Positions 43,155 through 58,132 of a DNA stretch of 64,000 nt are shown piece after piece. Where the stretch lies: assembly GCF_009914755.1 (NCBI RefSeq), contig NC_060926.1; one strand, 5' to 3'. The position numbers and the translations under genes are program-made. The stretch is from the human T2T-CHM13v2.0 reference genome, Homo sapiens. Within the stretch, counting starts at the first letter, position 1; every line of letters begins with the position of its first letter. The notes below the pieces were generated by a model. The model saw only the letters and a list, made by a program, of their open reading frames with translations, had not been told where the DNA came from and did not search any database.

Positions 43155-45384
43155 CAGTTAATTCAGAAGCCTCATTTTGGCCATAAGTTTCTGTTTGGCC
43201 CTAGGCTTCTTCAAGTCTTTTACCAGAACTGCACATAAATTCATGTGAGGGTCACCTTCTTTCTTCCTTCCTCTTGACCACCTGGGACAGGGGTTGCTGT
43301 GATATAATGGGAAAAGGCTGACTTTTAGAATCTGGAGACTTTTGGAGAAGACAAATTAGGCAATTCCTAGCAAGTACCTACAATATACAGTAGCTGCTCA
43401 AAAATGTCTACTGAACCTGAGGTTTTTAGTGGGCAGGGAATGGTCAGCCAAGAGGAAATTAAAGAAGGCAGGAGAGCCTGCTAATTCACAATCTGGATAA
43501 TCAGACACAATACTTAACGTCCACAAATTCATTCAGTCTTTCCATGGAATGCAGGCACATAGTAGGCTTACTATCATACCTTATCATACCTTATCTGAAT
43601 ATAAAATTAAGACACCCTTCTTAGGGACCTTCTGGAGATCTTCTCCAAAATATTTTTAACATTTCAATTACAGCTTTTCCAAAATTTTGGCCAACATGGG
43701 AATTGTTTAGCAACCACATCAAGGGGAAATATAAATATCTTTTTAATAATTCAACTAGACATTCAGTTTTTTAAAAAATAACCTTTTCACTTCATCAAGT
43801 GCAAACTGTAATGAGAAAAAGAGATGGAGATAGATTTGGCATTTTGCAATAGGGAAAAAAAAACAATGAACAAAAATACTGCATTTGCAGTAAGAGGAAC
43901 AACAGTTGAAGTTTGGGAATTATTGGGAGGGGGTGTACCAACAAAAGGGCAGGAAAGAAAAACTGTTTTACAAGTGAGATTTCTTAGCTTCCAGAAATAG
44001 AGAAAGTAGTTTATATACTCCTGCACATTTGTATAGACTTGCAAGATGTGCTTTGCTTAATTCTTAGGTTATATTGTTTATGCTGTTGGTATGCAGAAGA
44101 CCAATGCTGTTTTAATATGTATGCTGTTAACAAATTCCTCCAGTCTCAGCCTTTGCTTATGATGGTGGATGGAGACAAGCACTAGAATTTCAAAGATGTT
44201 GAGTTTAGAGTCAGAAGGGACATTAAATATCAACTCCTATTCTTTGGGCTAAAAAATGTATGTATTTTTTTTTCTAACTGCAGTGTAAAATGTTTCTTAT
44301 TTTCTAAGAGATGTCAGTCAGGAATAGGGTCACAAGCCATATTGAAGGGAAATTCTCTATTTGAAACTACAAAATTCTGTGTTGAACTCTGGGCTTAGAT
44401 ATTCAGATTGAAATATATTGCCAGGTTATTGTAAGTATGTTCCATGTGAGAAAATATCTCCTCCCAGATGGAATGTACCTCTTAGATTTTTCCCAACTTG
44501 TTTTTGCTATTGTTGGCCTTTTCAAAGTTTCCAAATATTGCAGACTTTTCAAATTCTTATTGTGTTTCTCCCCTCCCTTCTGGATGTCTTGACTGGAGAG
44601 TCATGTTCAATTACTTGTACACATTCATCTGTTATTACCTTCTGCTCATTGGAGGGTTCATTGTTACACATCTTTCTTGCTGATCATAAAAAATCCTTTC
44701 TCTTGACCTGGAGTTTCTGTGACAGCAAAGCTGGATCACTTGTCCACTGCTCCTGTGCATCCAGGACCCTCCTTGGGAATGAAGACCCTTCCGTGGTCCC
44801 TCCTGTCTCCCTATCTCCTTGACCATTCTACCATCCAACCAACTGTACACCTCTCTAAATATGGAATGCTGCATGGGCAATGCAGCCACTCTATTCAAAA
44901 TGACGACTTTACTCCCTTTTTGTGTTTTCCTGTGATTTCTTATGGTGTAGCTAGAGCTTCCACTTCATTTAAAATTAACTTTTGTTAAAAAGGAAAATAT
45001 GCTGAACTGCTTAATGCATTTATCAGTTCATTTTAATTTTGATTCAACAATTATCTGCAATAATATAACAAGCCCATATTATCTATTTATAAAGATGTGT
45101 GTGTGTACAGTGAAACGTTGTCTCTGGGTGGAAAGAGCTGAGGATCTGAGCAGCACTCATCTGCTCCAGGCTGCATTTGAGGCTGGGGGACCATGTGGGG
45201 CCGGAAACACACTCTGCCTCATCTGCATGGCTTGAATTCTATTTCACACATTTTTGAAGGTTGCACATTTCCACAGAGCTCCTCTTCAATCCAGATTCCC
45301 TTTTCCCTGTAATCCCCTGTTGGTGCTTTATCTGTGAATAATTTTTTAAATGAATAAGAATAGAAGCAAGGCAAGCAGGTGTTT

Positions 45385-45679
<295 letters not shown>

Positions 45680-45838
45680 TAGATAAAGCCCATTCCAGGA
45701 GGTCTGGGAGGGAAGCAACAAGCTGAGTTGAGAGGGTCATGTCACTGGCCTTGCATCCCCATAGGGCTCAAGTTCAGAGATTATCCCCAGATGAGGTCAT
45801 ATACATGTCACAGAGCTACACCGAAGGACTGAAAGAAG

Positions 45839-46242
45839 GTGTCTTAGTTGCTTATAAGGGAATCCCTGAAACTGGGTAATTTATAAATAAAAAGAACTTA
45901 TTTCTTACAGTCATGGAGGTTGAGAAATCTAAGGTCAAGGGGTCACATCTGATGAAGGCCTTCATGCTGGTGGGGACTCTCTGCAGGGTCCCAGGTGGCA
46001 CATGGTATCACAGAGCAAGAGGGTTGAGCATGCTAGCTCAGGTCTCACTCCCATTTCTTATAAAGCTACCAGTCCCACTCCATGATAACCCATTAATCCA
46101 TGAATGGATGAATTCACTCATGATGGTAGAGCCCTTGCAACTGACCCAATCACCTCTTAAAGGTCCCATCTCTCAATACTGCCACATGGGGGGTTAAATT
46201 TCAACATGAGTTTTGGAGACGGTAAATGTTCAAACTATAGCA
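45839..46242 (-). mobile_element. MSTB/MSTC-type LTR
   Basis: tgtcttagtt...gaaactgggtaatttataaa...gacccaatcacctcttaaaggtccc...caaactatagca. Confidence 0.88.
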
Positions 46243-47864
46243 GAAGGCGTGACTACATATGGTCCTGTTCAGAGTGCACTATGCCTTATTTTTAAAAAAA
46301 TTTCTACGTATCTTATAAAAAGCACAATTTAAATACAAATGTATAAAATATATAAAATTTTATTTAAACTTATTTCAGCATTTCTTCCTTTATATAATAT
46401 ATTCCAAGCTCCCTACAACCCTGCCACCAAAAAAAGAAGAAAATAAAGGAAGAAAGAAATGGAGAAGGAAGGAAGAAAAGAAGGAAAGAATAAAAGAAAT
46501 AAAGAGAGAAGGGAAGAAGTAGCCATAGACTGGCTCTCTCTCATTCTGAGAGGCTCTAGCTATGGAACAAAAGAAAGAGGAAAGGGTTGGCTGACTCATG
46601 GTCCTCCTGGCTCCACCACTGACCAGCCTGGGACCGTGTAGATACTACCCTGTGAGCGTTGCCGTGCTCAGTTCTGTCTGAAGTGACAGACTGGAGGTCT
46701 TCATGGTCTTCTCCAGAGGCAGCAATTTTCCACAATTCTGATGGACCCTTTAAATATGCAACATGTTTAAAGTTAGGGCTTTACACTCTAGATTTTTTAT
46801 GAAGAAGGGGTAAAAAAAGAACCTGAACCTGATTACTTTTCCCTGACTTGCCCTGGAGACCCTTAGAGAGAAAGCACTTGTCAAACATCACTTAGAGCAG
46901 CCAGGTTTAGCAATATAGCTAAGTCAGGCTACCAGGAGTGAAGCCAAGCAAGGGATTGAGGACTTAACTAAATTCTCCAGCAGAGGCCTGGGAGACTCGG
47001 TCTTTAGAGAAGCAGTGACTGTATCAGGAATGGAAATGAGCTGAAGAGGCTGGTGAAAGCAGGATTTCTCATGACAAATGCAGATGTGACCAGCAAGGGG
47101 GTGTGCCTACAGGAAGAATACAGAAGCAGGTCCTTGGGGATGCATCCATCATACCCACAAATACTTCCTTAAAAGCTACCTTTAAATAATGGAAAATGCA
47201 TTTCAATGTATGGAGACAGTGGGAGCCCGGGATAGGCCTAGCGTATGTAGAGTAGTGAGTGAGCCTCAGTGTCTGTTGAGAGGCCAGATGTCTTCACAGG
47301 CTGAAGCTGACTGTGAAATCCGGGCTTGCTTCTCACTTTGTCCATCACAGCAACTCTGATAGTAAATAATTTCCCTTTCCCCTTTCAGAGCTTGCCAATT
47401 CTACACTCTTTATACTTTCAACCAGTAGTGGGTTTCAGCATTCTAATAAGTGCTCCATGTGAGTCAACCAGCATGCCCTGGGATCCAGGCTGTGGGAGGC
47501 AAACAGGTTTCAGCGAAGGGATATAGCAGTAGATGGGGTGGTATCATCTGAAATGCAAACCCTTGTGCAGCATACTCTAGTAGCATTTATACTGATATTT
47601 TACTAAATTAAGTTGAGCAATTTAGTCCATCCAGAAATCTGAAATTCAGAACAAAATGTTGATAAAATAAAAAAAAAAAAATTAGCACCTGAGCATGAAT
47701 GACTGTTGTCATCATTGTGTCATTATAATCACAATAAGGATGATACCCTGCTTGTTTGGAAAGCAAGAGCTGAACCTGAAGATATGTATAGTCCTTTAAG
47801 AATGACGATTTAAGCCTTGACCTCTACTCCTTAGGCCAGCCAGTGTAGACAGAGGAAAAATTGT

Positions 47865-48080
47865 ATTTCTGTTTCACTTATCTAGGGCTTTCTATGTACC
47901 AGGCACTTCACCCACTTTATCCCCTTCATTCCTTAATATAACTCTATCAGGCATATGCAGTTATTCTCTCCATCTGGCAAGTGACAGTACTGAAGGTTTG
48001 TCACTTAGCTGGTAGGGGAAGATGCAGGACTCATATTCAGGCCTGACTACAGAACTCTTGCTCCATCCTTTGTATACTAT
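47865..48080 (-). mobile_element. MIR
   Basis: ctatgtaccaggcact...ttattctctccat...ggactcatattcaggcctgact. Confidence 0.65.
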
Positions 48081-48315
48081 TACCCCAATCTTGAATCCTG
48101 GAAATCCTTCAGAGTTAAAAGATGGTGGATGAGAGGACGTTGGCTGAATTACTGAAGTATATGCTTGTAGAATATAACAAGCAATGAAAGATCTGTTATA
48201 TTAGAGGTTATTGTGTCAGAAAGTGTTCATATTAGTAGAAGACAAAAGCCTGCATGCGTGTATCCCACTTATCCTGTGTCTTGTAGGATTCTATAATTCT
48301 AAGATTTGAAGGAGC

Positions 48316-48620
48316 TTTTTTTTTTTTTTTTTTTTTTTGAGACAGGGTCTCCCTCTGTCACCCAGGATGGAGTGAAGTGGTGTGATCTCACCTCACTGCA
48401 ACTTTCGCCTCCTGGCTTCAAGTGATTCTCCTGCCTCAGCCCCTTAAATAGCTGGGACTACAGGCGTGCACCACCATGCTGGGCTAATTTTTGTATCTTT
48501 AGTAGAGATGGGGTTTTGTCATGGTGGCCAGACTGGTCTTGAACTCCTGACCTCAAGTGATCTGCCCGCCTCGGCCTCCCAAAGTGCTGGGATTACAGGC
48601 ATGAGCCACCACTCCCAGCC
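48316..48620 (-). mobile_element. AluS (Sz/Sx)
   Basis: Full-length Alu; TSD tgaaggagc. Confidence 0.95.
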
Positions 48621-48879
48621 TGAAGGAGCATTATAGTATTTAATTGAATGCTCTCATTTTTACCAAGGAGAAAACTAAAACCCAGAGAGGTTGGCTTGCC
48701 TCAGTTTACCGTCTCATCACAGCGTAAGTTGCACTTTCTCCTTCCTCACCCATTCTTTCCTCCAGACATCGCCAATGCAGGACCATAGGCTAACAGCATC
48801 CTTAACAACCCTGGTTATTTCCTTGATTGAGCTCTCCCTAATCAAGGCACGGCCCTCATAGAAGGGAATTTCCAAAAGG

Positions 48880-49260
48880 CTGCCTGAGGCTGCTGATCAA
48901 CAATTCATTTTTAGCGTTTCTTTTTAAATCACTCTAAGTTGTTGCACCTGGGTCACAGTGACAGCTGAATAAGGGGGCTGAGCGGCAACGTTGTTCTGGG
49001 CACCAGGTTGGTGAGCCCCCTCCGCCATGTATATGCATGAGTTCTCCATTTGCATAAAGCGCAAAAGCATCACTCCCATTAATCACTGCATTCATCTTAA
49101 TAATTAGTGGCAATAATGTTGAAGAGTGGTGGTCTCCACATCGATTTCTGAGGCACCATGGGCTATTTCTGTTGCAGATGAATGATCATCAAGAGTGACA
49201 TGTTGATGTCTTTGGATCGACCACCCCAATTCCACGTGCTTTACAGCCTGGCAGCTGGTC
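48880..49260. promoter_or_regulatory. Candidate conserved enhancer (POU/homeodomain)
   Basis: Octamer ATTTGCAT at 49048, TATGCAT, ATTAAT/TAATTA sites, TGACAGCTG, several retained CpGs, repeat-free. Confidence 0.4.
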
Positions 49261-50478
49261 AGGAAGCTCTGGTGATCTGTGGGGCTAATGCTGTCCCTCT
49301 AACAAGAACAGTAAAAAGGAGTGATGTGACACCTGGGAGGGGGGTTTAGGAAAAAGCCCCTGACCACTTTAAGGGGTGCTCTCTTAGCCATATGCATAGT
49401 AAACTAGCTGTAACTAACTGCAAAGCAAGAGGCTATTTGTCATAGAGATTATGACTCCATGGATAAGTACTTGAAAGGCTACCACTTGCTCTCAGACCTT
49501 CTCCATAAAAGATTGTCTTGGGGTCTGTAATTTGCCAATACTTCTGGGTCAAGAGAAAGCCATTTCAGATCAGAAATGTAATAGAAAGTTTTAAGGCCTG
49601 TGGTACAGTGCCAAAGAGGATGGAAGTATTAATAATTTTCATGGTTTTTTAAAAAAGGCCCTATCAGGTAAAAAAAAAAAAAAAGAAAAAAATAAGTCAC
49701 AAAGGAATCCACTTGAAGATTTGAAAAGAAACTACAAAGGACTTCATTAATACAAAAGGGAAGAATAGTCAGAGAACAAAAGAATAAGGAAGGAGGAAAC
49801 GAATGGAAAGGCAGGGAAGGAATTATAATAATGTCAGACAAGGGAGGCTGGTGAGGAAAAACTAAGGAGGAATTAAAACAAAGACTCCTCAACTTTCTAG
49901 ATCCACGAGATCATCCTGGATATTTCCCCTTTGAGGAGATGAAGACGAAGTGTGAGTGACAGAGAAATTCGGGTGTGAGGTGTAAATGTTTTAAAATGTG
50001 GTAATTTATCTTGCACTCTGGGTTAGCAGAAAGCCATCAGCACAGCTTCAGGTTGATTTAGGAAATTTGATAATACGTATTTTTTTGCCTTCTCACCTTA
50101 TATTCACCGGTAAATGACAGACCCTACTTTTATGATCTTTCGTTCTGTCTTCTTCAAAAGGTGAGGTTTATGCTTTTATGAAAATTAATAAAAATCTCCT
50201 AAAGAGAGTGCAGGTGTTTCCAATGGCTATTTATTTCTCTAGGAGTATATTCAAATACAACTGTCCTTCCCCCGACGTGACATAAAGAGAATTCTCTGCA
50301 TCCCCTCCACTGCTGTCTGTACTAGCACCTTGTCTAGGAGAAGGACAGCACATTGAATCCAGTTGGTGTCTGCACATAAATCATTCTGAAGAAAAAAAGT
50401 TTTAATTTACTTAAACAATTGGGTATTTTGTACACAACTAGTTGATCTCAACAATTATTTTTCCAAGATGTATGTGGG

Positions 50479-50506
<28 letters not shown>
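50479..50506. repeat. (GT)n microsatellite
   Basis: Direct reading. Confidence 0.95.
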
Positions 50507-50509
<3 letters not shown>

Positions 50510-51856
50510 GAACAGCTTTGTGTGAAACACAGCTGACTAAACTTTTGGGACAAGATAATGACCCTCAAAACTGAGCGCTTTGAGAATTTGTTTGTTGCTA
50601 TACCTCCTTTTCTCTTCTTTGCAGCATTATCTGTTTTTGGCATCTAGAGAGGCTTTGTTACACCTCCATGCTGGGTTCTGAAGGGAAGGGTACAATTGTA
50701 AAACATCGAATAAACATGTGTGCAAATAAACACTAGGGCTGACACTTGTCCTCCTAAATGAAGTCCACAAAGATGAGCTCTTGCGTGATCCTCTGAACCA
50801 GTTCCTTCCTGGAGATAAAGGGTGCTGAAAAGAAAGTATGTCTTACATACAGGTTTGGAGACAGGGGAAGGATGCTGGGCTGTGAACAATAGCATCCCCA
50901 AGGAGCCCTTGCAATGTGGTAGCTGGAGGGCAAAGGAGGGGTGCTAAGTGATGCAGGATCTGGCCATCTTTGACCCCAGGAATTACAGCATTTGAACCAA
51001 CAAAGGAGGAGCACAATAGGCCTCTACCTGAGGGTCTGGTGTGCCCATTCTGGCCTTAGAGTAGGTTGACCCTGATCAGCCAAAATGCCACAGGCCTAGG
51101 ATGTGGAGTCCTTGCAGTGAAGTGTTTGTCTTGTGTCATCTGAGTAAGGTCTGGGCATTTTGCAAAGCTAGATTTTCCCTCTGGACCCTTCTCCCCTCTG
51201 TGTCTTGCTGTGTCTGGTTTCTTTGCCCTATCGCTCAGTATCTGGCATGTGTATGGGTGTTTTTAATTGGATCCTCTGAAATGCATTTCTGACACTGATT
51301 TGGTTATATTCTATTCTATTCTGTTATCAAACAAATTTGCTGTCAAATAAAAGATCAATGTTATTGTAATGTCCTACTTGATGGATTAAATAGGGTATTA
51401 TTCAACTCTTATTAAACAATCAAGAAAAACACACTGGGACATGCTTTCATTCTCAGCTGCTAACAAATACAGTGTATCTGATCTGTGATTAAGAAACAAA
51501 GCAGGAGTAGTTATTTTCAGATTAATTAAACAAACGAGTAGGATTTAGGGACCAGGATTTTTAAAACCCAGTACAATTCTTTGAAACATGTTTGAAAAAG
51601 GACATAATTTACTTTAACTACATGAGTGAACACTTAAGAATATAAAATCTTTCAATGACGCAATTCTGGATTAATTGCCCAGAACTATCGCGGTGCCATA
51701 AACAAAACCGTTCCAGGGACAGACCTTTAGGAAGAGTTTTTTTTTTTTTTTTTCTTGTGAGTAAATGTCCATTTAGAGAGCTTTTCTAAATTTAGAAGCA
51801 ACGTTCATCAATCATTTATAATAAGCACCGAAGAACTGCGCTCGCCTGCCTGAGAC

Positions 51857-51872
51857 GCAGCCCCCTGGTGAA
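51857..51872 (-). promoter_or_regulatory. Candidate CTCF site in a CpG-retaining block
   Basis: Minus strand TTCACCAGGGGGCTGC closely matches the CTCF core CCACCAGGGGGCGC. Confidence 0.55.
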
Positions 51873-52303
51873 GAGCGGTCCCCGACCAGGGCTGTGTTGC
51901 CGGACCGGCACCCACTCCATTACCAGCGTCTGACCTTTGTGTTCCTCCGACTTCACTCTCGAGATGCCCAGAGAAAGCAAATATTAAATCAGTAGAAATC
52001 TCCCTCTTATCTCAGGCTGCCTGGCTCTATATTATCTTTAGACTCCCCCTTCCCCACGCCACCACCCGGCTTTACATACAGTTGGCTACATTTTGGCTCC
52101 TTCTGTCTGATGCTGTTTCCGCTAATGGCTGAAGAAATGGAACATTACACCATTTAACGTGTGTGGGTCACATTAATCACAGAAAATTCTTTTAATGTCT
52201 CAGAAGTAACTGTCAAACTGGACATACTGAATCTATTTAAACTAAAGCATGCCATTTTTTATCTACAGTGATCTTTAATTCCCATAAAAGGGTCAAGAAA
52301 ATG

Positions 52304-52391
52304 TGATTAAGTGACAGTTTTAAAATGTACTATAATATTAAATAGCTTGATTAAGTGACAACTATAAAATGTAATACAATATTAAGTATCT
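52304..52391. repeat. Diverged 44-bp tandem duplication
   Basis: tgattaagtgacagttttaaaatgtactataatattaaatagct / tgattaagtgacaactataaaatgtaatacaatattaagtatct. Confidence 0.88.
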
Positions 52392-53114
52392 GGCTATGTC
52401 CCAAAAGAACTTTAAAGTATTTTTGAACGGTTTGGGAATTCACTAACCCATAATGGGTTACGAAGGAATTTTTTTTTCTTTTGGTGGGGGACATAAAAAC
52501 AGTTGAACTGAAAACACACACTAAAAACAAAACAAAGGGAAAAAGTCCTCAGCATTTACAGAGAATATAGAGTTGCAGAGCCTCTCTTTGGAGGGCCAAA
52601 GACTGGGTTTTTGGTAATATGGAGATTAAGATCATTTGAAGATTCTGAATTTGCCAGTGCTTGACCAGACTTGTAATGCCTGTGACACAGAGAATAGAAT
52701 CAAAGATAGTTGTGGTAGGGGGACCTCACAGCTGAATGGAAAGGCCACAGACTAGTCAGTGACCTCCCGGGTGACCTCCAAGGGGCTGACCATCAGCACC
52801 CCAGATTCCTGACTTACCTGTGTATTGCAACTCAGTTCCCATCAGGGACAGCATAGGAAACACCAACCTGGCTTGGTCCTCCAGCTCGGTCTCCAGTAGA
52901 GTAAGCCAGTGGAGACACCAAAATACTTCGCAATGTCAGGACTATAATGGGAGTCAGTCATGGGGTCCCCATTAGGGAGCTGAGGTTAGAAGGAGACAAT
53001 TCTATGGAATTCCGAGGAGAAATGTCTGGATCAGGTGCCCAGGCCAAATAACCAAAGACATTCATGCCACTATTCAGACAGTGTACTAACTCTTCTCCAA
53101 CAATCATTTGGTCA

Positions 53115-53625
53115 CATTTTAGCCTGGGATCCCCCAGAAAGCATAACTTTAGTCAAAGTTGTTGTGCTATTATTCTGTTAGAAGGTACAGTCTCAGGGAG
53201 CAGGGGTGAGGGGACAGGGAAGGAAGGAGAGCCAGTATTAGGATGTCTTACCCCTCTGGCTGCCACTGAAGTCTGACTAATTGCTTGTTCTTGCAGGACT
53301 GTGCCCCAAGGAAGCCACACAAACTGTGTAGCCAGACAGTCTGTCTGGGAGGAGAAGGAAGGAATTTATCTACCAGCTCCCATCTCTCATGGACCAAATT
53401 CTTCCCCACTGTACATAACTCCATATCACTTTCAGATTGCATAAGGTGGGTGTTTGGTGGGCTCTTGGGCATCCTGCTTCTCTGTAGCAACAGGGAAGCC
53501 CTGAGACAGGAGGCCAGGTGGGTCAGGTGGAGTCTGCAGAGTGTTAGGTGGAGCCCAGGCAGAACAGGTTGCTATGGGAGTGCCTGGTACAAGAAGAGTC
53601 TGGGAGGAACTGAAGGAGCACATTA
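53115..53625 (-). mobile_element. LTR16-like ERVL LTR
   Basis: ctgggatcccccagaaagca...agggagcaggggtgaggggacagggaaggaaggagagccagta resembles antisense LTR16. Confidence 0.55.
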
Positions 53626-54813
53626 AGAACTTCTCTATCCGGGTCAGAATCAGATGGAGGCACTCAGTAGGTAGTATAGTTCACCAGAACATTTCCATAT
53701 GCCCCTGCTGACAGAACATCAATGGAATCTTGATGTATCCTGGCTTTTCTCCGAAGCATAAGCCACTCTCCATCCCCAGCGAGATTTTGGACTGGGTACC
53801 ATGGACAAGTGCATTGTCTCCTCTAAAAACTGTAAAGTAGATGATAAGTTTTGGCGATGTTTAGCAAGTGGGTGAGCCTAGAATTGCAGACATGTGCTAC
53901 GCTCCCTTTAAGAGCCTCTCAGAGCCCCCACAGAGATCTCAGAAAAGGGTTGACTCTGACTTTTAAGGACACTCGTCAAGAGAAAGATAGAAAGCCAAGC
54001 TAGGTATCATGACTGGTCCCACAGTGACAGAGATGAATAGCCGTGACACATTTATGTAGGCTCGCCTTTTTCTCTGGGTGAGGATGAAGCCTCATTTGGA
54101 AGATTTGCTCATCTGTCTAATAAATCAGTGCAGAAAGTTTCCCTGATATTTACTCAGGACTTTCTTTCCCGTCTTCATTTCATTCCATGCCTCTGATTGC
54201 TCATCCTCAGACCAGGCTACATAAATCTCTTCTCTTTCTTCTGCCCTTTTGTCAACCATTAGCCTGCTCCCCCTCTGTCATTGTTTCACCAGACTATAGA
54301 TGTAACTCTTCTAATCTTCCCTGATAAATCAGGCTCTCAGAATCACTCCTTGTTGCTCCCTCAAACTCCCTAGAGCTGGGATATAGGGCTCTGAGGGCCT
54401 GGTGCAGACGTTTCTTTTATAATGGGCCCTGAAAGGTTGTCAGCTGCAGATAATTAGGATCTCACTTCCCGCCATCGAGCTGCATATATCTTCCATGCAA
54501 AGAACCCCCATCACCTTCAAAAGAATTAACACATACAGAGGAGATATACGAGGGGCTGGCTGACCGGAGGATGGGGCCAGCTCTTCTGAAGGCCAAAACT
54601 CTTCGTGTTTCATGTTGAGAGAGAGGCATTCTCTCAGGAGAGGAACCTCGCCCTCCTCACACTTCTTCATGGTAAAAGCCTCACACTGTGTGTCTGGACT
54701 GTGCATCATGGAGTAGTGAGAAGAATATCTTTTTAGCTAAATTATTGAATAATAGTGCTGTCCCTTTATGCTCCACCCTATTCTCTCGGTCTCCCTATTG
54801 AGACAAACTTTAG

Positions 54814-55432
<619 letters not shown>

Positions 55433-57439
55433 CACGATTCAGTTTTTCTTTAGTAGTTTCTCAGAACTAACAGGTATATAGCTTCAGGAAAACTGGGTGG
55501 GCTGTCAAATGGATATGACATCAGAATGCAATGTTGCCCCCAAAGTTAGCCTGGCACAGAGAAATTCTTCTCAGGCAAGTGATCCATTAGACCTCAGGGT
55601 CCAGCATGGTTGGGGTTGGAGATGATACCCAGAGGGAGGGAGAAAAGTGGCATGGGTTGGAGATTCTCCCTCCACAAGGAGAAGAGCAGTTTTATTTTTA
55701 CTCATATTATATATTAAGATTCCATCTAAGATTTTATATTTTTTAAAAGGGGAAAACAAGCTTGAAAACTACTAATGCTATCACCTTGTACCTGAGGAAA
55801 GAGGCCCAGAGATAGGAAGGACACATGGCTTGCTAGTGCCAAGCCAAATTTAGAATCCACAATCTCCAGTACCTTGGTTTTTCATTGTTCTTCACCGACC
55901 AGCTGCAACATAATCTTCATAATAATGTTCTTGAGTATTGCCTTGGAATCATTAGGAAACAGACAGGCCTATATATTCCCAGGGACTAGCGTTGATGATA
56001 AAGTGCTCTTTGTGGTCTGAGATGCTCCTGCTGACCTGTGCACTTGGAGTGATTTTTCTGGTGGTGGAGACAGATGGGCACTGAGTCACCGTCACGATCG
56101 CCATCCTTTAGGAGGTAATTGGTGAGTCTCAGGGGTGTGATATTTGACCATGAACCTCAGCAAAGGGAACTGACACCTTAAGGGAGAAAGTGCAATGTGG
56201 CCTGGATCTCATTGGGGTCACTGTGGGGGCTAACCATAGAATTTCAGACCTAGATTGGGTCATAGCTGTCTCCCAGCCTAACTCCCTTTTTTTAAAAAAG
56301 CTGAAGACATCAAGGCCCACAAAGGTCAAGTGATTTTCCCACACAGAGGAGGAGGGAATTCAGAACTAGTGGGCAGCAGGCATTGGTTCTTGTTTCTTGG
56401 CTGGATGGAGCCTAATTAGTCTACTCTCCTATTGCCCTTTCCACCCGGTCCAGTTTAAGACAGGGTTGTGGATAAAGGTGTCTGCTCTGCAGACTAAAAT
56501 TTCCTTGAGTCAACTGTTCCTGGGTCTAAATAGGAGAGAGAAAGGGACATTGAGGAAGTTATCAAAGGTGCTCGGTTCTCACCCTAAAGTATGTCCTTCT
56601 CCTGGGTCTTTTCATCAATGAGGATGGTCGTTGAGCCTCCAAATATTAACTGGTTTTTCTTATTTCATTTGATTCAGCACTTGGGGGAGGAAGAAAAATA
56701 TTATTTATTGGGTGCCCTCATATTCAAGTCTCAACATTCTACTTTCTGGAACTTATATTAACAGCAGCTGCCTGCTGGAATCTCCAGGAATCTTAGTCCA
56801 TTTCCCCGCAGAGAATGGAGCCTGTTGGAGTTGTTCTTAATAAGAATCCTAGTGGTCGGCATCATTCCTTGAAATGGGTGAACGCCAAAGTCATAGTGGG
56901 TTTTGACTGAGATTCCTTTTCTAAGATGGGTCTTTATAAACATTTTTAAAGAATAAAACTTGAAACAAATGGAAGGCCTCATTCCCACCAGGACTTCAAA
57001 TACCAACATATGTATCAAGGAATCTATTCTATTTGATAAGTCAGTTCAAAGTGACCAGGAAATAGCAACAAGGAGCCAGGCATGGAAACCAGCATTTGGT
57101 GTTTAGTGAATATTACACACCATCTGTATGTGGGTTGCTCTCCAAAATCCTTGAGTTCTGAAACATCTCTCTTCCTTTTCTGCGTTTTTTTTTTTTTTTA
57201 ATCAGACATTTGTCTATTTTTAGAGATTCAGAGGGCTTTCCCTGATTAGGTCAAAGTATCACAGGAAAAAAAAAATAATAAAACACTGAAAGGAATCCAC
57301 CTATCAAGAAAGCATCTTGGCCAAAGATAGGAGAGACGAGGGAAGGAGGTCCTGGAGGTCATGAGAAGAGTGAGCAATTAATCAGAAGGTCAAAGGTCTC
57401 TCTGAGAACACCATGGTGCTGTGCACAGAGAGTCACTTA

Positions 57440-57580
57440 TTATTGAGAAAGGCAATGATTTAAAATAAGCTTCCTCATCTGGAAGGATGAGAATAATATC
57501 CACCTCATAGAGTATTATCTCGGGGTAACATGAGATAATTACGTTTAATGCTCATGAACTGGAAAACGCTTTGAAAATAC
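57440..57580 (+). mobile_element. MIR fragment
   Basis: ttcctcatctggaaggatgagaataatatccacctcatagag. Confidence 0.65.
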
Positions 57581-57826
57581 AACATAGGATTAAGAGAGGT
57601 TGTTCGAAACCCTGAAAACTGCACAGCCTCCTGAAAGAGTGGAAACTAGATGCATGGCCTGTTGTAGGGTATTCTGTTAACTGATTTGCAAGAGGCTTCT
57701 TGGTCTGCCTTCCTCTTTATAACTTCACAGAAGGTACAAAGCACCAGTACAGCCCCCTCTAAGAGCAGGCATCAGTTCTGACTGGCTCTGTTATCTTAAA
57801 ACAAAAACAAAAACAAAAACCTTTCT

Positions 57827-58132
57827 GGCTGGGTGTGGTGGCTCATGCCTGTAATCCCAGCACTTTGGGAGGCCAAGATGGGCAGATCACCTGAGGTTGG
57901 GAGTTCGAGACCAGCCTGACCAACATGGAGAAGCCCCGTCTCTACTAAAAATACAAAATTAGCCGGGCGTGGTGGCCCATGTTTGTAATCCCAGCTATTC
58001 AGCAGGCTGAGGCAGGAGAACTGCTTGAACCCGGGAGGCGGAGGTTGTGGTGAGCCGAGATCGGGCCATTGCATTTCAGCCTGGCCAACAAGAGTGAAAC
58101 TCCATCTCAAAAAACAAACAACCAAACAAACA
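57827..58132 (+). mobile_element. AluSp
   Basis: gaggttgggagttcgagaccagcctgaccaacatggagaa and caacaagagtgaaactcc diagnostics; TSD aaaac(c)tttct. Confidence 0.93.

Noticed and set aside
43570-43595. ttatcatacc tandem with GATA motifs
   Set aside because: Ordinary 10-bp slippage repeat
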